From NCBI RefSeq assembly GCF_000196355.1, contig NC_007614.1, forward strand, positions 2,100,001 to 2,132,000: a stretch of DNA of 32,000 nucleotides. Direction: 5' to 3'. How positions within the stretch are numbered: position 1 is the first letter of the stretch; every line of letters begins with the position of its first letter. Under the pieces are notes generated by a model. It was not told the origin of the DNA. It searched no databases and saw nothing but the letters and a program-made list of their open reading frames with translations. This DNA comes from Nitrosospira multiformis ATCC 25196. Its GTDB lineage: Bacteria > Pseudomonadota > Gammaproteobacteria > Burkholderiales > Nitrosomonadaceae. The position numbers and the translations under genes were made by a program. Positions 8,501-17,633 of this stretch are shown here, piece after piece.

Positions 8501-10242
8501 AAATTCAGGTGGGGTTGCAGCAATTCGACGCAGCGATCGAATTCCCGCCGAAAAACCGCCTCTCCGTGGTAAAGCTCCCACGCCATATCGATATGCTGGG
8601 CACCCTGACCGGGGAAAAGAAAGACTATGGGGCGATTTTCCGATGCCACTTGTCCGGTAACAAAGCGGTCCGCAGGCTTCCTTTCCAAAACGCCGAGCGC
8701 TTCATTCCTGTCATGGCACAGCACTACTGCGCGGCAGGCAAAACCTTTTCTTCCCGTTTGAAGGGTATAAGCGGCATCGGCAAGGGGTAAACCGGGATGT
8801 GCGCGCAGATGCTCGTGCAATCCGGCAATCATCGCATCCAGCGCCGTGCGCGTGCGCGCCGAGAGTGTGAGCAACTGACAGGCGCGTGAGGAACTCACGG
8901 GCTCTACGGGCGGAGCTTCCTCGAGCACGACGTGCACATTGGTCCCCCCGATGCCGAAGGAACTCACTCCGGCGCGCCGTGGGGCCGATTCATTCGACCA
9001 ATGCCTGCTCTCCGTGTTGACGTAAAAAGGACTCGAGGAAAAATCGATTTGTGGATTGGGCTGCTCGAAATTCAGGCTGGGCGGAAGGGTTCGGTGCTTC
9101 ATTGCCAGGACGGTTTTGATCAGGCCGGCGACGCCTGCTGCTGCATCCAGGTGACCTACATTCGTCTTGACCGATCCGATGGCGCAGAATCCGCGCTTGT
9201 CCGTGCTTTCGCGGAAGGCTTGCGTGAGCGCCGCGATCTCGATCGGATCGCCGATCGTTGTTCCCGTGCCATGCGTCTCCACGTAGCTGATCGTGTCGGC
9301 ATCCACGCCGGCGATGGCTTGGGCAGCCAGAATCACTTCCGCCTGGCCTTCCACGCTCGGTGCAGTGTAGCCCACCTTGGCCGAACCATCGTTGTTGATT
9401 GCGGACCCTTTGATTACGGCATGAATCGTATCGCCATCGGCGAGGGCGTCCGCCAGCCGCTTGAGCACGACGATCCCCACCCCGCTCCCGATCACCGTGC
9501 CCGCCGCATTTGTATCAAACGCGCGGCAGTGGCCATCCGGCGACAGAATCGCTCCAGGCTGGTAGCGATAACCGCCTTCGTGCAACAGATTGACCCAGAC
9601 ACCCCCAGCCATTGCCATGTCCGCCTCGTGATTGAGCAGGCCACGGCAAGCGACATGCACGGCCGCGAGTGAAGTGGAACAGGCTGTCTGCACGGTAATC
9701 CCCGGTCCGCGCAGATTGAGCTTGTAGGAGACGGTCGTCGTCATGGAGTCCTTGTTGTTTCCATTCATCAACCCTTGCAGCGAAGAAATGTCGTGCATAT
9801 CCGAAAATCGACCGCTGGAAAACAGATTCAGCAGCAGGTAGGTGTTAACCCCGCAGCCGGCATAAACCCCGACCGGGACCCTGCAGTTCGAGGCGTCATA
9901 GCCGGCATCTTCCAGCGCCTGCCAGGCCACCTCCAGGAACAGCCGGTGCTGCGGGTCCGTTTCCGCTGCCTCGCGCGGGGTATAACCAAAGAAAGAGGCA
10001 TCGAAAAGATCGACGCCGGGCAGTTCGGCGCCCGCCTTGATATAGTGCGGATCTTCCAGAGTCTTGCGCGAAATCCCTCGCGCCAGGAGTTCCTCGTCGG
10101 TAAAGAAAGTAACGGACTCGACTCCATCCTGCAGATTGCGCCAGAAAGTATCCACGTTATCCGCGCCTGGAAACCGGCCCGCCATACCGATAATCGCGAT
10201 ATCGATATCGTCTCTTTCCGAAAACTCTTCCGTATGATCCAT
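5518..10242 (-). CDS. Type I polyketide synthase, KS-AT-KR-ACP module
   Basis: 1574 aa. KS (TACSTSLAAVH, VETHGTGT, KTNVGHLDAAAG), AT (FPGQGAQ, GHSVGEY, HAFHS malonyl-type signature), KR (YLITGGLGGIGLTLA, VDYCAANAYLDA), ACP (DNLFELGGDSLLGIQ). Start ATG overlaps the upstream TAA by 1 nt (TAATG). Confidence 0.97.
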   Translation of the reverse strand: MDHTEEFSERDDIDIAIIGMAGRFPGADNVDTFWRNLQDGVESVTFFTDEELLARGISRKTLEDPHYIKAGAELPGVDLFDASFFGYTPREAAETDPQHRLFLEVAWQALEDAGYDASNCRVPVGVYAGCGVNTYLLLNLFSSGRFSDMHDISSLQGLMNGNNKDSMTTTVSYKLNLRGPGITVQTACSTSLAAVHVACRGLLNHEADMAMAGGVWVNLLHEGGYRYQPGAILSPDGHCRAFDTNAAGTVIGSGVGIVVLKRLADALADGDTIHAVIKGSAINNDGSAKVGYTAPSVEGQAEVILAAQAIAGVDADTISYVETHGTGTTIGDPIEIAALTQAFRESTDKRGFCAIGSVKTNVGHLDAAAGVAGLIKTVLAMKHRTLPPSLNFEQPNPQIDFSSSPFYVNTESRHWSNESAPRRAGVSSFGIGGTNVHVVLEEAPPVEPVSSSRACQLLTLSARTRTALDAMIAGLHEHLRAHPGLPLADAAYTLQTGRKGFACRAVVLCHDRNEALGVLERKPADRFVTGQVASENRPIVFLFPGQGAQHIDMAWELYHGEAVFRREFDRCVELLQPHLNFDLRTALYPNLDPNLEGGDEARKKELSARLEQTEVTQPALFAVEYALAQLWMSWGIQPAAMIGHSVGEYVAACLAGIFSLKDALRLVALRGRLLQQTETGAMLAVMLPEAEITPYLSESCDLAAVNGPELCVLSGPVAAIEALETDLRNKGVEARRLHVSHAFHSAQVEPMLPAFMELISAMELHPPQIPFLSNLSGDWITSQEATDPGYWRQHVRGTVRFDDGLRELLGNPNRILLEVGPGETLTTLARRHSEAKPEHLILSSLPHPGRANQSQAHFYLCLGRLWLAGVDIDWRSFYADERRRRVSLPTYPFERQSYWIKPGNQKTAKTAKAVGEEDRPRLMAGLEPGARRQVRDNAGPVVRPLDEWFYTPSWRRSDSIEQESILLDQGRSFILFADDHPFGVALTGHLLTLGIKPIVVSAGPAFYRQDKDHYVVRPGERQDYDLLLRNIDEDGRTLGHIFHLWSLTGNGGGRIYRESQVENQVEIEARNFFSLFYLAQALESAKQVIPSEAKVEIMVITDQFEDVTGSESLRPEKALLLGPCKVIPQEYAYLSCRLVDIELPAGDGTAKNRLVHQIVAESQAEPVSSMVAYRGPHRWIQTFEPIQCGKPGKAHLRLRNGGVYLITGGLGGIGLTLAEHLTRNYRAKLVLMGRSLLPAREQWSNVISAAEKADRTRSKIEKVMHLEALGAEVLVLQADVAIQAELKTAVTQAYEHFGAIHGVIHSAGEVGTDLISVKNGGEVAKVFAPKVQGTQALQAVFRDASLDFMLLCSSLAAIAGGLSKVDYCAANAYLDAVARGATRSAHSGFTFPVISVNWDGWRDVGMAANMAMPEGMGISPREGAEAFEHIVNNVVRPQVIVSTLDLHARLNQTQEDLVTLVGEPFALAENGQHEQGGQPHYPRPALDTAFVAPESDLEKSIAEIWQSLLGMDAVGIHDNLFELGGDSLLGIQLLSRVRAVFGIDMRPADFFRSPTVAGLAELVETKLLDEIECL

Positions 10243-13200
10243 TAATGCGTCCTCCCTGCTCTCTGCCTGCGTTGTATGAACGTCGCTCTCTGCCGCTGCG
10301 CCCGTTCCTGATGGCGCTGCAAGGGCAGACGCCCCTTATCCGCCTGCCTGTCCTCCTGGCCGAGAAATTTGGCCAGGCTCGCGACGGTGGTATATCTGAA
10401 AAGATCGATGATGGCGATGCGTGTTTTCAACCGCTCTTCCAGTTTGCATTGCACCTTGATGAGCAGCAGCGAATGCCCGCCCAGATCGAAAAAATTGTTG
10501 TGCAGCCCCACTCGGGGTAGCTCCAGGACTTCCGCCCAGATCTCCGAAATCATCGTTTCCACGGCATTGACGGGCGTCTGATAGGCCGCCTCATCGATCT
10601 GCTCCGCCAGGGGCAAGGGCAACGCCTGGCGATCGACCTTGCCATTGGGGTTGAGCGGCAGACTATCGAGCAGCACAAACGAACCAGGCAGCATGTAATC
10701 CGGAAGCACAGCAGCCAGGGCAGTCTTGAGCATGGATGCATTGAGTGTTACGCCGTGATGCGCGGCGACGTAGGCGATGAGACGCGTTCCATTGCGGCTT
10801 TCCTTTGCCACTACCGCCGCCTCGCGAACTCCGGGCTGGGCCAGCAACTGCCCCTCGATTTCGCCCAGTTCAACCCGAAAGCCGCGAAGCTTGACCTGGT
10901 GATCGAGTCGGCCCAAGTATTCGAGTTGGCCGCCATTGTCCTCATTGCGCCAGCGCACGCGATCCCCCGTGCGGTAAAGGCGGCTCCCATCCGGTGCGAA
11001 AGGATCGGCAACGAAGCGGTCTGCGGTGAGACCGGGACGATCAAGGTATCCGCGGGCAAGTCCTGTCCCACCGATATAGAGTTCTCCGGCACAGCCGGGA
11101 GGCATGATATTCAAGTCCTCATCGAGTACGTACAACTTGCGATCTCCAACGGCACGGCCGATGGGCGCGAACTCGTGGAGAATACGAACCTCAGCGGTTT
11201 CAGACGCATGGGCTACCCAGGCGGCTGGAGTGATGACCGTTTCGGTAGGCCCGTACGCGTTGACCAGCCGGGCTTGCGGAAGAGCCGCCTGCGTTGCGGC
11301 CAGGTCGGCTGCAAACCATGCTTCGCCGCCGGCTATGCAAGTGCGTACCGACGGGGCACCGTCCTGCATCAAGGGAAGCAGCATCCGTAGATAAGCGGGC
11401 GGCAAGTGCAGCGTGGTGATGCTGTGCTTTCCGATCTGATCGACGAAACCGTCGCCAGCAAGATCCCGTGTCGATGAAAGGACAAGCGTCCCACCTTCGC
11501 ACAAGGGCGTGATCCACTGTTCCGCAGCCGCATCGAAATTCATCGAGAAAAACATGAGTTCGCGATCGCCAGGACGTACGTCGTAGATTTCCCTGATCGC
11601 TGCCAGATGCATTGCCAGGGGACCATGGCTTACTCCTACTCCTTTCGGTCTGCCGGTCGATCCGGATGTATAGATGACATAAGCGAGATTGTCGGGATGT
11701 AACGCAATCTCCGGGTTGGTCTCTGCTACCCCCTTCACGTCGACGCTATCCAGTTCCAGCACCGAAAGCTTTTCCGAATCGGGGATACGGTTCCTGAGAG
11801 GGGATTGCGTCAACAGCAACCGGATGCCGCTATCCTCAACCAGATAGTCGAGGCGTTCGCGCGGATAGTCGGGATCGAGCGGTACATATGCTCCTCCTGC
11901 CTTGAGAATGCCCAGCAGGCCGACGATCATCTCGATGGAACGTTCTACCGTAATGCCAACCTTTACTTCCGCTTTGACTCCCAGAGCGATTAAATGGTGT
12001 GCGAGCCGGTTTGAGCGACAGTTCAGCTCCTGGTAGGTTATTTCGGTATCGTTGAAAATCAGGGCGCAGACGTTCGGGCGTTCTTCCGCCTGGCGCTCTA
12101 TGCGCCGATGTACAGGTTCATGGGCCGCATGACGGGCAGCTTCATGGGCGGCTGGATGAGCAGATCGATCGAACACCGCGCTACCTGAAAGGTGCGCTCC
12201 AGCATTCGCCCCCCATGCTCCCCATGCTCCGAGCTGCGCCATATCGCTCTCGCTCAACAGAGGCACATCGCCGATGGTTATTTCCGGCTGCCCGGCCAGT
12301 GCCCGCAACAGAGCCACATACTGGCGTCCGAGGCGCTCGATCGTGCGGATATCGAAGAGCTCTGACGCATAGATGAAGCTTGCACGCACGTTTCCATCGG
12401 GTGATTCGATCGTTTCCAGCGTCAGCTCGAACTGTGCAGCCTGCTCGCCCAACGGATAGTCAACGATCTTCAGCTCCTTGATTTGATCGAGCTTGCGTCG
12501 GTCGCTTACCAGATGATTAAGGGTCACCTGGAACAGCGGCGTCCGGCTCAGGCTTCTCTCCGGCTGCAATGCCTCAACCAACTGCTCGAAGGGCAAATCC
12601 TGGTGTGCCTGGGCGTCGATTGCCGCCTCCCTGACCTGCGCGAGCAGGGTTGACAAAGCCATGCGGCTGTCGATCTTCCCGCGCAGTACCTGGGTATTCA
12701 CGAAAAAACCGACGATGCCTCTGGTTTCAGTCCGGTTGCGATTGGCGACCGGCACGCCGACACGAATATCCTTTTGTCCCGTGAGGCGATAGAGCAAAGC
12801 TTGAAAACCCGCCATCAGCGCCATGAAAAGGGTCGCACTGCGGTTATCCGGGCGTTGGGCAAGGCTTCGCAGCCTGCTCAGCACATCCGGCGGCAGGTCG
12901 AAAGAATGATGTGCCGCCTGATAATTTGCCACAGGCCGCCGCGGATGATCGGCCGGCAATTCCAATACCGGATGTTCGGTGCCCAGGCAATCACGCCAGT
13001 AGGCCAGTTGCCTGTCTTTCTCGCCTGCTTCCAGCCAGTTGCGCTGCCACTCGGCATAGTCCGCGTAGCGGATGGGTAACGGGTCGAACTGCGGCAACTG
13101 CCCTTGGGCATGAGCCATATACCCGATGGCGAGCTCGTCAAGCAACACCTGCATCGAGGCACCATCGGAGATGATGTGATGCATGGCCATAACCAGGATG

Positions 13201-15647
13201 TGCTCATCCTGCGTCAGCCGGATCAGGACTACTCGCAGCAACGGGCCCTGTGTCAGATCGAAGGGATCCGAAATGATCCGGTCGGCCTCCTCTTTCGCAT
13301 ACGCTTCACGCACAAAGGCGGGAGTGTCGTCCAGATGGATGTGTGGAATATGCAACCGCACTGCCGGTTGGATCACCTGCTCCGCGGAACCTTCCGCTCC
13401 TGTCCGGAAAACGGTACGCAAGGATTCGTGGCGCGCGGCCAGCCCATCAAGGCTGGCCTGCAACGCCTGGGCATCCAGGGAGCCTGACAATCGCAACGCC
13501 TGCTTGATGTGATAGGCGGTGGATGTCCGGTCCAGTTGCCAAAGGAACCAGAGACGCTGTTGACCAAAGGAGAGCGGTGCCGCATCGGCTGCTCCAATCC
13601 TCCTTGCGGTGGAAAGAATGCGGATGCTGGCAGTGCGTCTGGGAGTGCCAACCGACAGTACGCGCTTGATTTCCTCTGCGCACTCGCGCAACTTTGGATT
13701 CTCGAACAGGCTGCGGAGCGTGAAATCGATCTGCCAATGCTCAGCAATACGCGCCACAGCCTGAACTGCCGAGAGTGAGCTTCCGCCGCTGGCAAAAAAA
13801 TGATCCTCGCGCCCCAACCCACGGCGATTCAACACGGTTTCCCAGAGGCCCGCGAGCGAAATTTCGACGTCATCCGTCAGCGTGAGTACGGGCCGAACGC
13901 TGCCGCCCAGCACGAAATTGCCAAACTCATAGACGGCATATGCGTCCAGGGTGCGCTCGCGCCAGCCTTGGCGGCAGGCTGCGCGCTGCAATTTTCCGCT
14001 GGAAGTCTTGGGCAATCCTCCCGGATTCAGTAGTACCACCACCGAGAGCGGCTCATGGCAGCTTCCGCTCACGGCCTCACTCAACGCCTGCACCAGAGTT
14101 TCAACGGCGATAAGCTTCTGCATGCCGCGGGATATCTCCACGGCCATGCCGATTCCTTCCCCGTTTTCGGTTTCTACCGAAAACGCGGCCACCCTTCCCT
14201 TCCGGGCGGCCTCCACTTCATCCTCGATCACTTGCTCGAGGTCCTGCGGGTAGACGTTCTGCCCCCTTATGATGATGAGATCCTTGCGCCTTCCTGCAAT
14301 GTATAACTGTCCATCATGTATGAAGCCAAGGTCTCCGGTGCGGAGCCAACGTCCCCCCTCGCGGGAAACAAAAGTTTCGGCTGTCTCCTCTGGTTTTCGC
14401 CAGTAGCCGCAAGCCAGACTGGCACCATCCGTCCAGATCTCTCCGATCGTACCATCGGGCAATTGGACACCTGTTTCCGGATCTACAACCCTCACCGTAT
14501 GACCGGAAGCCGGCACACCGCAAGCTACCAGAGAGGTTCCCTGCTCCGCCACTTCGACCTTGCCTTGCGCGAGCAGCTGGGTAGAGAAGCAATGTGCCTC
14601 CATGCCGTCTCCACGCGTCCCACCGGTGACAAAAAGCGTTGCTTCGGCCAGGCCGTAACAGGGATAAATTGTGCCAGGTGGAAATCCTGCCGGTGCGAAG
14701 CGTTCGATAAATGCTTTCATCGTTTCCCGGCGTACCGGTTCGGCACCCGAAAAGGCGACACGCCAGCTCGACAAATCGAGCTCTTGTAGCTGAGCATCGC
14801 TTACCCGGTCCGCACAGAGTTGAAACGCAAAATTGGGCGCGCCACTCACCGTCGCACGGTAGTGCGAAATGGCTTTCAACCATCGTACCGGTCGTTCGAT
14901 AAAAAATCGGGGCGTCATCAGCACGACAGGAATGCCCCGATGGATGGGTTGCAGCAAGCCGCCGATCAGACCCATATCGTGATACAGCGGCAACCAGCTC
15001 ACGAATATGTCGTTTGCATTGATCGACATGCCCTCCTCGAACACTCTCGTATTTGTCATCAGGCTGCCGTGGCTCACCATCACCCCTTTGGGCGTAGATG
15101 TAGACCCCGAGGTATATTGCAAAAACGCGATATCTCCCTCTGCGGGAGAACATTCACGCCATGCGGAGGCGTTATCGCATTTCACCGTGTCCACAGTCAG
15201 CACGATCGCATAAGAAAACTGTTCCACCGCGGCACGAGCAATCAAGGGCATAATTTCGCTCGTGGTCAATATGCAGCGTGCCTCAGCATCGGCTGCAATG
15301 GCGAGCAGGCGTGCCAGATGCCGTTCTCGCACCATCTCCGGCGGAAAAACGGGCACAGCGATGAGGCCTGCATAAAGACAGGCGAAGAAGCCGATTACGT
15401 AATGCTCATCATTTTCCATGAGCAACAGGGCGCGTTCGCCTGCCGAAAAACGGTCCTGCAAAATGGCTGCGAGTGCACGAACATGTTGATCCAATGTTCT
15501 ATAGTCGAATGCTTTTTCCACGGCTCCCTCGCCTTCCTGGCCCATTACCGTCAAGGCGAGGTCTGTGGGACGTGCCAACGCGAGATTACGGAGATGCGTC
15601 ACCAGGTTTTGGGGGTAAATGCGGTGAAAAATTGACCTTGGCGTCAT
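10242..15647 (-). CDS. Hybrid fatty acyl-AMP ligase / NRPS: FAAL-ACP-C-A-PCP, probable lipoinitiation module
   Basis: 1801 aa. N-terminal FAAL-like ligase (FLQYTSGSTSTPKGVMVSH, SWLPLYHDMGLIGG, YPCYGLAEATLFVTGG), ACP (DHFFASGGSSLSAVQ), C domain (SFGQQRLWFLWQLD, MHHIISDG), A domain (YVIYTSGSTGRPKGVGVSH, NAYGPTETVI), PCP (NNFFDLGGHSLLLIK). Confidence 0.96.
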   Translation of the reverse strand: MTPRSIFHRIYPQNLVTHLRNLALARPTDLALTVMGQEGEGAVEKAFDYRTLDQHVRALAAILQDRFSAGERALLLMENDEHYVIGFFACLYAGLIAVPVFPPEMVRERHLARLLAIAADAEARCILTTSEIMPLIARAAVEQFSYAIVLTVDTVKCDNASAWRECSPAEGDIAFLQYTSGSTSTPKGVMVSHGSLMTNTRVFEEGMSINANDIFVSWLPLYHDMGLIGGLLQPIHRGIPVVLMTPRFFIERPVRWLKAISHYRATVSGAPNFAFQLCADRVSDAQLQELDLSSWRVAFSGAEPVRRETMKAFIERFAPAGFPPGTIYPCYGLAEATLFVTGGTRGDGMEAHCFSTQLLAQGKVEVAEQGTSLVACGVPASGHTVRVVDPETGVQLPDGTIGEIWTDGASLACGYWRKPEETAETFVSREGGRWLRTGDLGFIHDGQLYIAGRRKDLIIIRGQNVYPQDLEQVIEDEVEAARKGRVAAFSVETENGEGIGMAVEISRGMQKLIAVETLVQALSEAVSGSCHEPLSVVVLLNPGGLPKTSSGKLQRAACRQGWRERTLDAYAVYEFGNFVLGGSVRPVLTLTDDVEISLAGLWETVLNRRGLGREDHFFASGGSSLSAVQAVARIAEHWQIDFTLRSLFENPKLRECAEEIKRVLSVGTPRRTASIRILSTARRIGAADAAPLSFGQQRLWFLWQLDRTSTAYHIKQALRLSGSLDAQALQASLDGLAARHESLRTVFRTGAEGSAEQVIQPAVRLHIPHIHLDDTPAFVREAYAKEEADRIISDPFDLTQGPLLRVVLIRLTQDEHILVMAMHHIISDGASMQVLLDELAIGYMAHAQGQLPQFDPLPIRYADYAEWQRNWLEAGEKDRQLAYWRDCLGTEHPVLELPADHPRRPVANYQAAHHSFDLPPDVLSRLRSLAQRPDNRSATLFMALMAGFQALLYRLTGQKDIRVGVPVANRNRTETRGIVGFFVNTQVLRGKIDSRMALSTLLAQVREAAIDAQAHQDLPFEQLVEALQPERSLSRTPLFQVTLNHLVSDRRKLDQIKELKIVDYPLGEQAAQFELTLETIESPDGNVRASFIYASELFDIRTIERLGRQYVALLRALAGQPEITIGDVPLLSESDMAQLGAWGAWGANAGAHLSGSAVFDRSAHPAAHEAARHAAHEPVHRRIERQAEERPNVCALIFNDTEITYQELNCRSNRLAHHLIALGVKAEVKVGITVERSIEMIVGLLGILKAGGAYVPLDPDYPRERLDYLVEDSGIRLLLTQSPLRNRIPDSEKLSVLELDSVDVKGVAETNPEIALHPDNLAYVIYTSGSTGRPKGVGVSHGPLAMHLAAIREIYDVRPGDRELMFFSMNFDAAAEQWITPLCEGGTLVLSSTRDLAGDGFVDQIGKHSITTLHLPPAYLRMLLPLMQDGAPSVRTCIAGGEAWFAADLAATQAALPQARLVNAYGPTETVITPAAWVAHASETAEVRILHEFAPIGRAVGDRKLYVLDEDLNIMPPGCAGELYIGGTGLARGYLDRPGLTADRFVADPFAPDGSRLYRTGDRVRWRNEDNGGQLEYLGRLDHQVKLRGFRVELGEIEGQLLAQPGVREAAVVAKESRNGTRLIAYVAAHHGVTLNASMLKTALAAVLPDYMLPGSFVLLDSLPLNPNGKVDRQALPLPLAEQIDEAAYQTPVNAVETMISEIWAEVLELPRVGLHNNFFDLGGHSLLLIKVQCKLEERLKTRIAIIDLFRYTTVASLAKFLGQEDRQADKGRLPLQRHQERAQRQRATFIQRRQRAGRTH

Positions 15648-15683
15648 AGTGAAACCTTTCAGTGGACTGACTTTGAAACCTTT

Positions 15684-16526
15684 TCAGGCGTGATCTATCT
15701 GGCGAACGGAATGATCGCAAGCCTGCGGAGATGCACCCCGATCTTGGCAGGGCTCCAGGCTTGACAGGGGAAGCCAGGATGTCTGTCGAGACACTTCCCG
15801 GCTTTTCCCTTGGGTTGAAGCCCGGTCATGAGTCTGGAATGCGAGAGCCGCTGCATAGCCATCGGATACCGGAAGGCGCCAGGCTTGTATTTCCGGCCAC
15901 TCCGGGGAATCATGCGCAATCTGGTAAGCCTCGTCGTCCCGGGGCAGAATGGACACGGATTGCAGGTGTTCGGAGATGCCCAATCCCAAGGCTTTCAGCA
16001 CGGATTCCTTCGCTACCCAGTGCTGGATGAAATCTTTGGAGGTCTGCAACGCAAGGTGGCGCTCCAATGGAGAAAAGACGTAGGCCGCGAGCTCCTCGAG
16101 GTTTTTAGCATTGAGGACGCGCTCTTCGCATTCGATATCGACGCCGACCGGTCCGCTGGTCGAAAGAGCAATCAGGGCGCAACAACCGGCATGAGAAACA
16201 TTGAACTCGATCTCTGGCTCACCTTCCAGCCGCGGCTTGCCATATGGATTGACCACGAAGCGCAGCTGGTCGGGCGGCAACATCAACCGCGCTCCGACAA
16301 GTCGCCGCAGCGCGGCACGGGTTGCGACGGACCGCACACGGTCTTCTTGCCGCCGAAACCGTTGCGCATGCGCACGCTCTTCTGCAGATAACAACGCCAG
16401 TTCGGCATCCGGCACCGAGAGCCCAACATCAAGCTCGAGCAACCACACTTCCATGCCATCCGGAATGCGCTCGGACAGCGGCAAGCGCCTTATGGGAGAC
16501 CTTAGTGGATACCTTATGGAATACAT
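15684..16526 (-). CDS. 4'-phosphopantetheinyl transferase, Sfp/Gsp type
   Basis: 280 aa; characteristic PPTase motifs VGVDIE and HWVAKESVLKALGLG, with FNVSHAG upstream. Overlaps the thioesterase gene by 13 nt. Confidence 0.93.
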   Translation of the reverse strand: MYSIRYPLRSPIRRLPLSERIPDGMEVWLLELDVGLSVPDAELALLSAEERAHAQRFRRQEDRVRSVATRAALRRLVGARLMLPPDQLRFVVNPYGKPRLEGEPEIEFNVSHAGCCALIALSTSGPVGVDIECEERVLNAKNLEELAAYVFSPLERHLALQTSKDFIQHWVAKESVLKALGLGISEHLQSVSILPRDDEAYQIAHDSPEWPEIQAWRLPVSDGYAAALAFQTHDRASTQGKSREVSRQTSWLPLSSLEPCQDRGASPQACDHSVRQIDHA

Positions 16527-17278
16527 AGGGACATATCAGCAGGTTCTCGATGTGCTTCCTGATATACCTCTGGACGGTATAGAGCCATTCTCTGGACGAG
16601 CACGGGAAGAAAGGCCTCTTCGTGCTGACGGAGAAAGAAATGCCCTCCTTCAAACAGATCCAGTGACAACTCTTCTGTAGTTTCGGATTGCCATGCTTCC
16701 AGTTTCGACTCATGAATTTCATCGCCCCGGCCCCCAAAAACATGAATCGGCAGCGGCAAAGGCAAGGATTGCGTGTGGCGAAAGCTCGCGCAGATGCGGT
16801 AGTCCGCACGCAGCAGGCTGAGCGTCAGGGACAACAACTCCGGGCTCTCGAACACCTCTTCCGGTGTCCCTTTCTGCTTGCGCAGATCAGCAATGAGCGA
16901 CGCGTCGGCATTCTTGTCCGCATAACGCCGCCAGTCCTGCCGGGAGGGTGCGGCACAGCCCGACACAAACAGGGCAAGAGGCAAGGGTCTTTCTCTCTTG
17001 CGCAAGGAATGGGCAATTCCGAAAGCGAGCAGCGCTCCCATGCTGTGCCCGAAGAATGCGTATCGACGGGGCGGGCACGCCTCGATCTCATCCGTTAGGC
17101 GCTCGACCAGTGAAGGGAAGCTTTTCGCGAACATTTCATCCAGGCGGCCTCCACGACCCGGCAGCTCGACCGGTTCCACTTGCACCCAGGAAGGCAATCT
17201 GCGCCGCCAGCGCAGATACATGACCGAGCTCGCGCCTGCGCATGGCAGCGCGAAAAGTGTCAGGATCGGGGACATCAC
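16514..17278 (-). CDS. Type II thioesterase (alpha/beta hydrolase, NRPS/PKS editing)
   Basis: 254 aa; [11 protein letters not shown]...[22 protein letters not shown] nucleophile elbow, late HFFL histidine. Located in the NRPS/PKS operon. Confidence 0.93.
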   Translation of the reverse strand: MMSPILTLFALPCAGASSVMYLRWRRRLPSWVQVEPVELPGRGGRLDEMFAKSFPSLVERLTDEIEACPPRRYAFFGHSMGALLAFGIAHSLRKRERPLPLALFVSGCAAPSRQDWRRYADKNADASLIADLRKQKGTPEEVFESPELLSLTLSLLRADYRICASFRHTQSLPLPLPIHVFGGRGDEIHESKLEAWQSETTEELSLDLFEGGHFFLRQHEEAFLPVLVQRMALYRPEVYQEAHREPADMSLCIP

Positions 17279-17505
17279 CTGGCTTCAGCGGGACATTGTT
17301 CGTCCATGAAGCGCCGCAGGCTGAGGGGGCGCATATCCGTCCAGACTTTCTCTACATGTTCCAGGCAGGTTTTCTTGTCTCCCAGCACTCCGGTGTCCCG
17401 CCATCCTCCCGGAATGGCTTTCCACTCCGGCCAGATGGAGTACTGCTCTTCATGATTGACCAGCACGCGAAATGTCCCGTCTTCGCGGTCGAAGCAACTT
17501 GTCAT
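17275..17505 (-). CDS. MbtH-like protein
   Basis: ORF track gives 17275..17550, but the family-typical start [26 protein letters not shown] is at 17505. NxExQxSxWP, PGGW and [10 protein letters not shown] motifs are present. Stop codon overlaps the thioesterase start. Confidence 0.94.
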   Translation of the reverse strand: MTSCFDREDGTFRVLVNHEEQYSIWPEWKAIPGGWRDTGVLGDKKTCLEHVEKVWTDMRPLSLRRFMDEQCPAEAR

Positions 17506-17609
17506 GCTTGTTCCCCTTATGTCTGTAAACAGATGCGTTCCAGATTCCATGGACGAATTCCACAGATTGGAAATGCGTCTTAATCTTATTTGGAACCTTG
17601 ATTAGCTAG

Positions 17610-17633
17610 ACGAATAAGGATTCGAAGAATTTA
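17610..17633 (-). promoter_or_regulatory. Putative PvdS-type ECF sigma promoter (iron-starvation box, TAAAT-N16-CGT) for the mbtH-led operon
   Basis: Minus strand reads CC-TAAAT-TCTTCGAATCCTTATT-CGT, exact 16-nt spacing, about 105 nt upstream of the mbtH ATG. An ECF sigma of FecI/PvdS type is encoded at 20287..20796. Confidence 0.5.
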
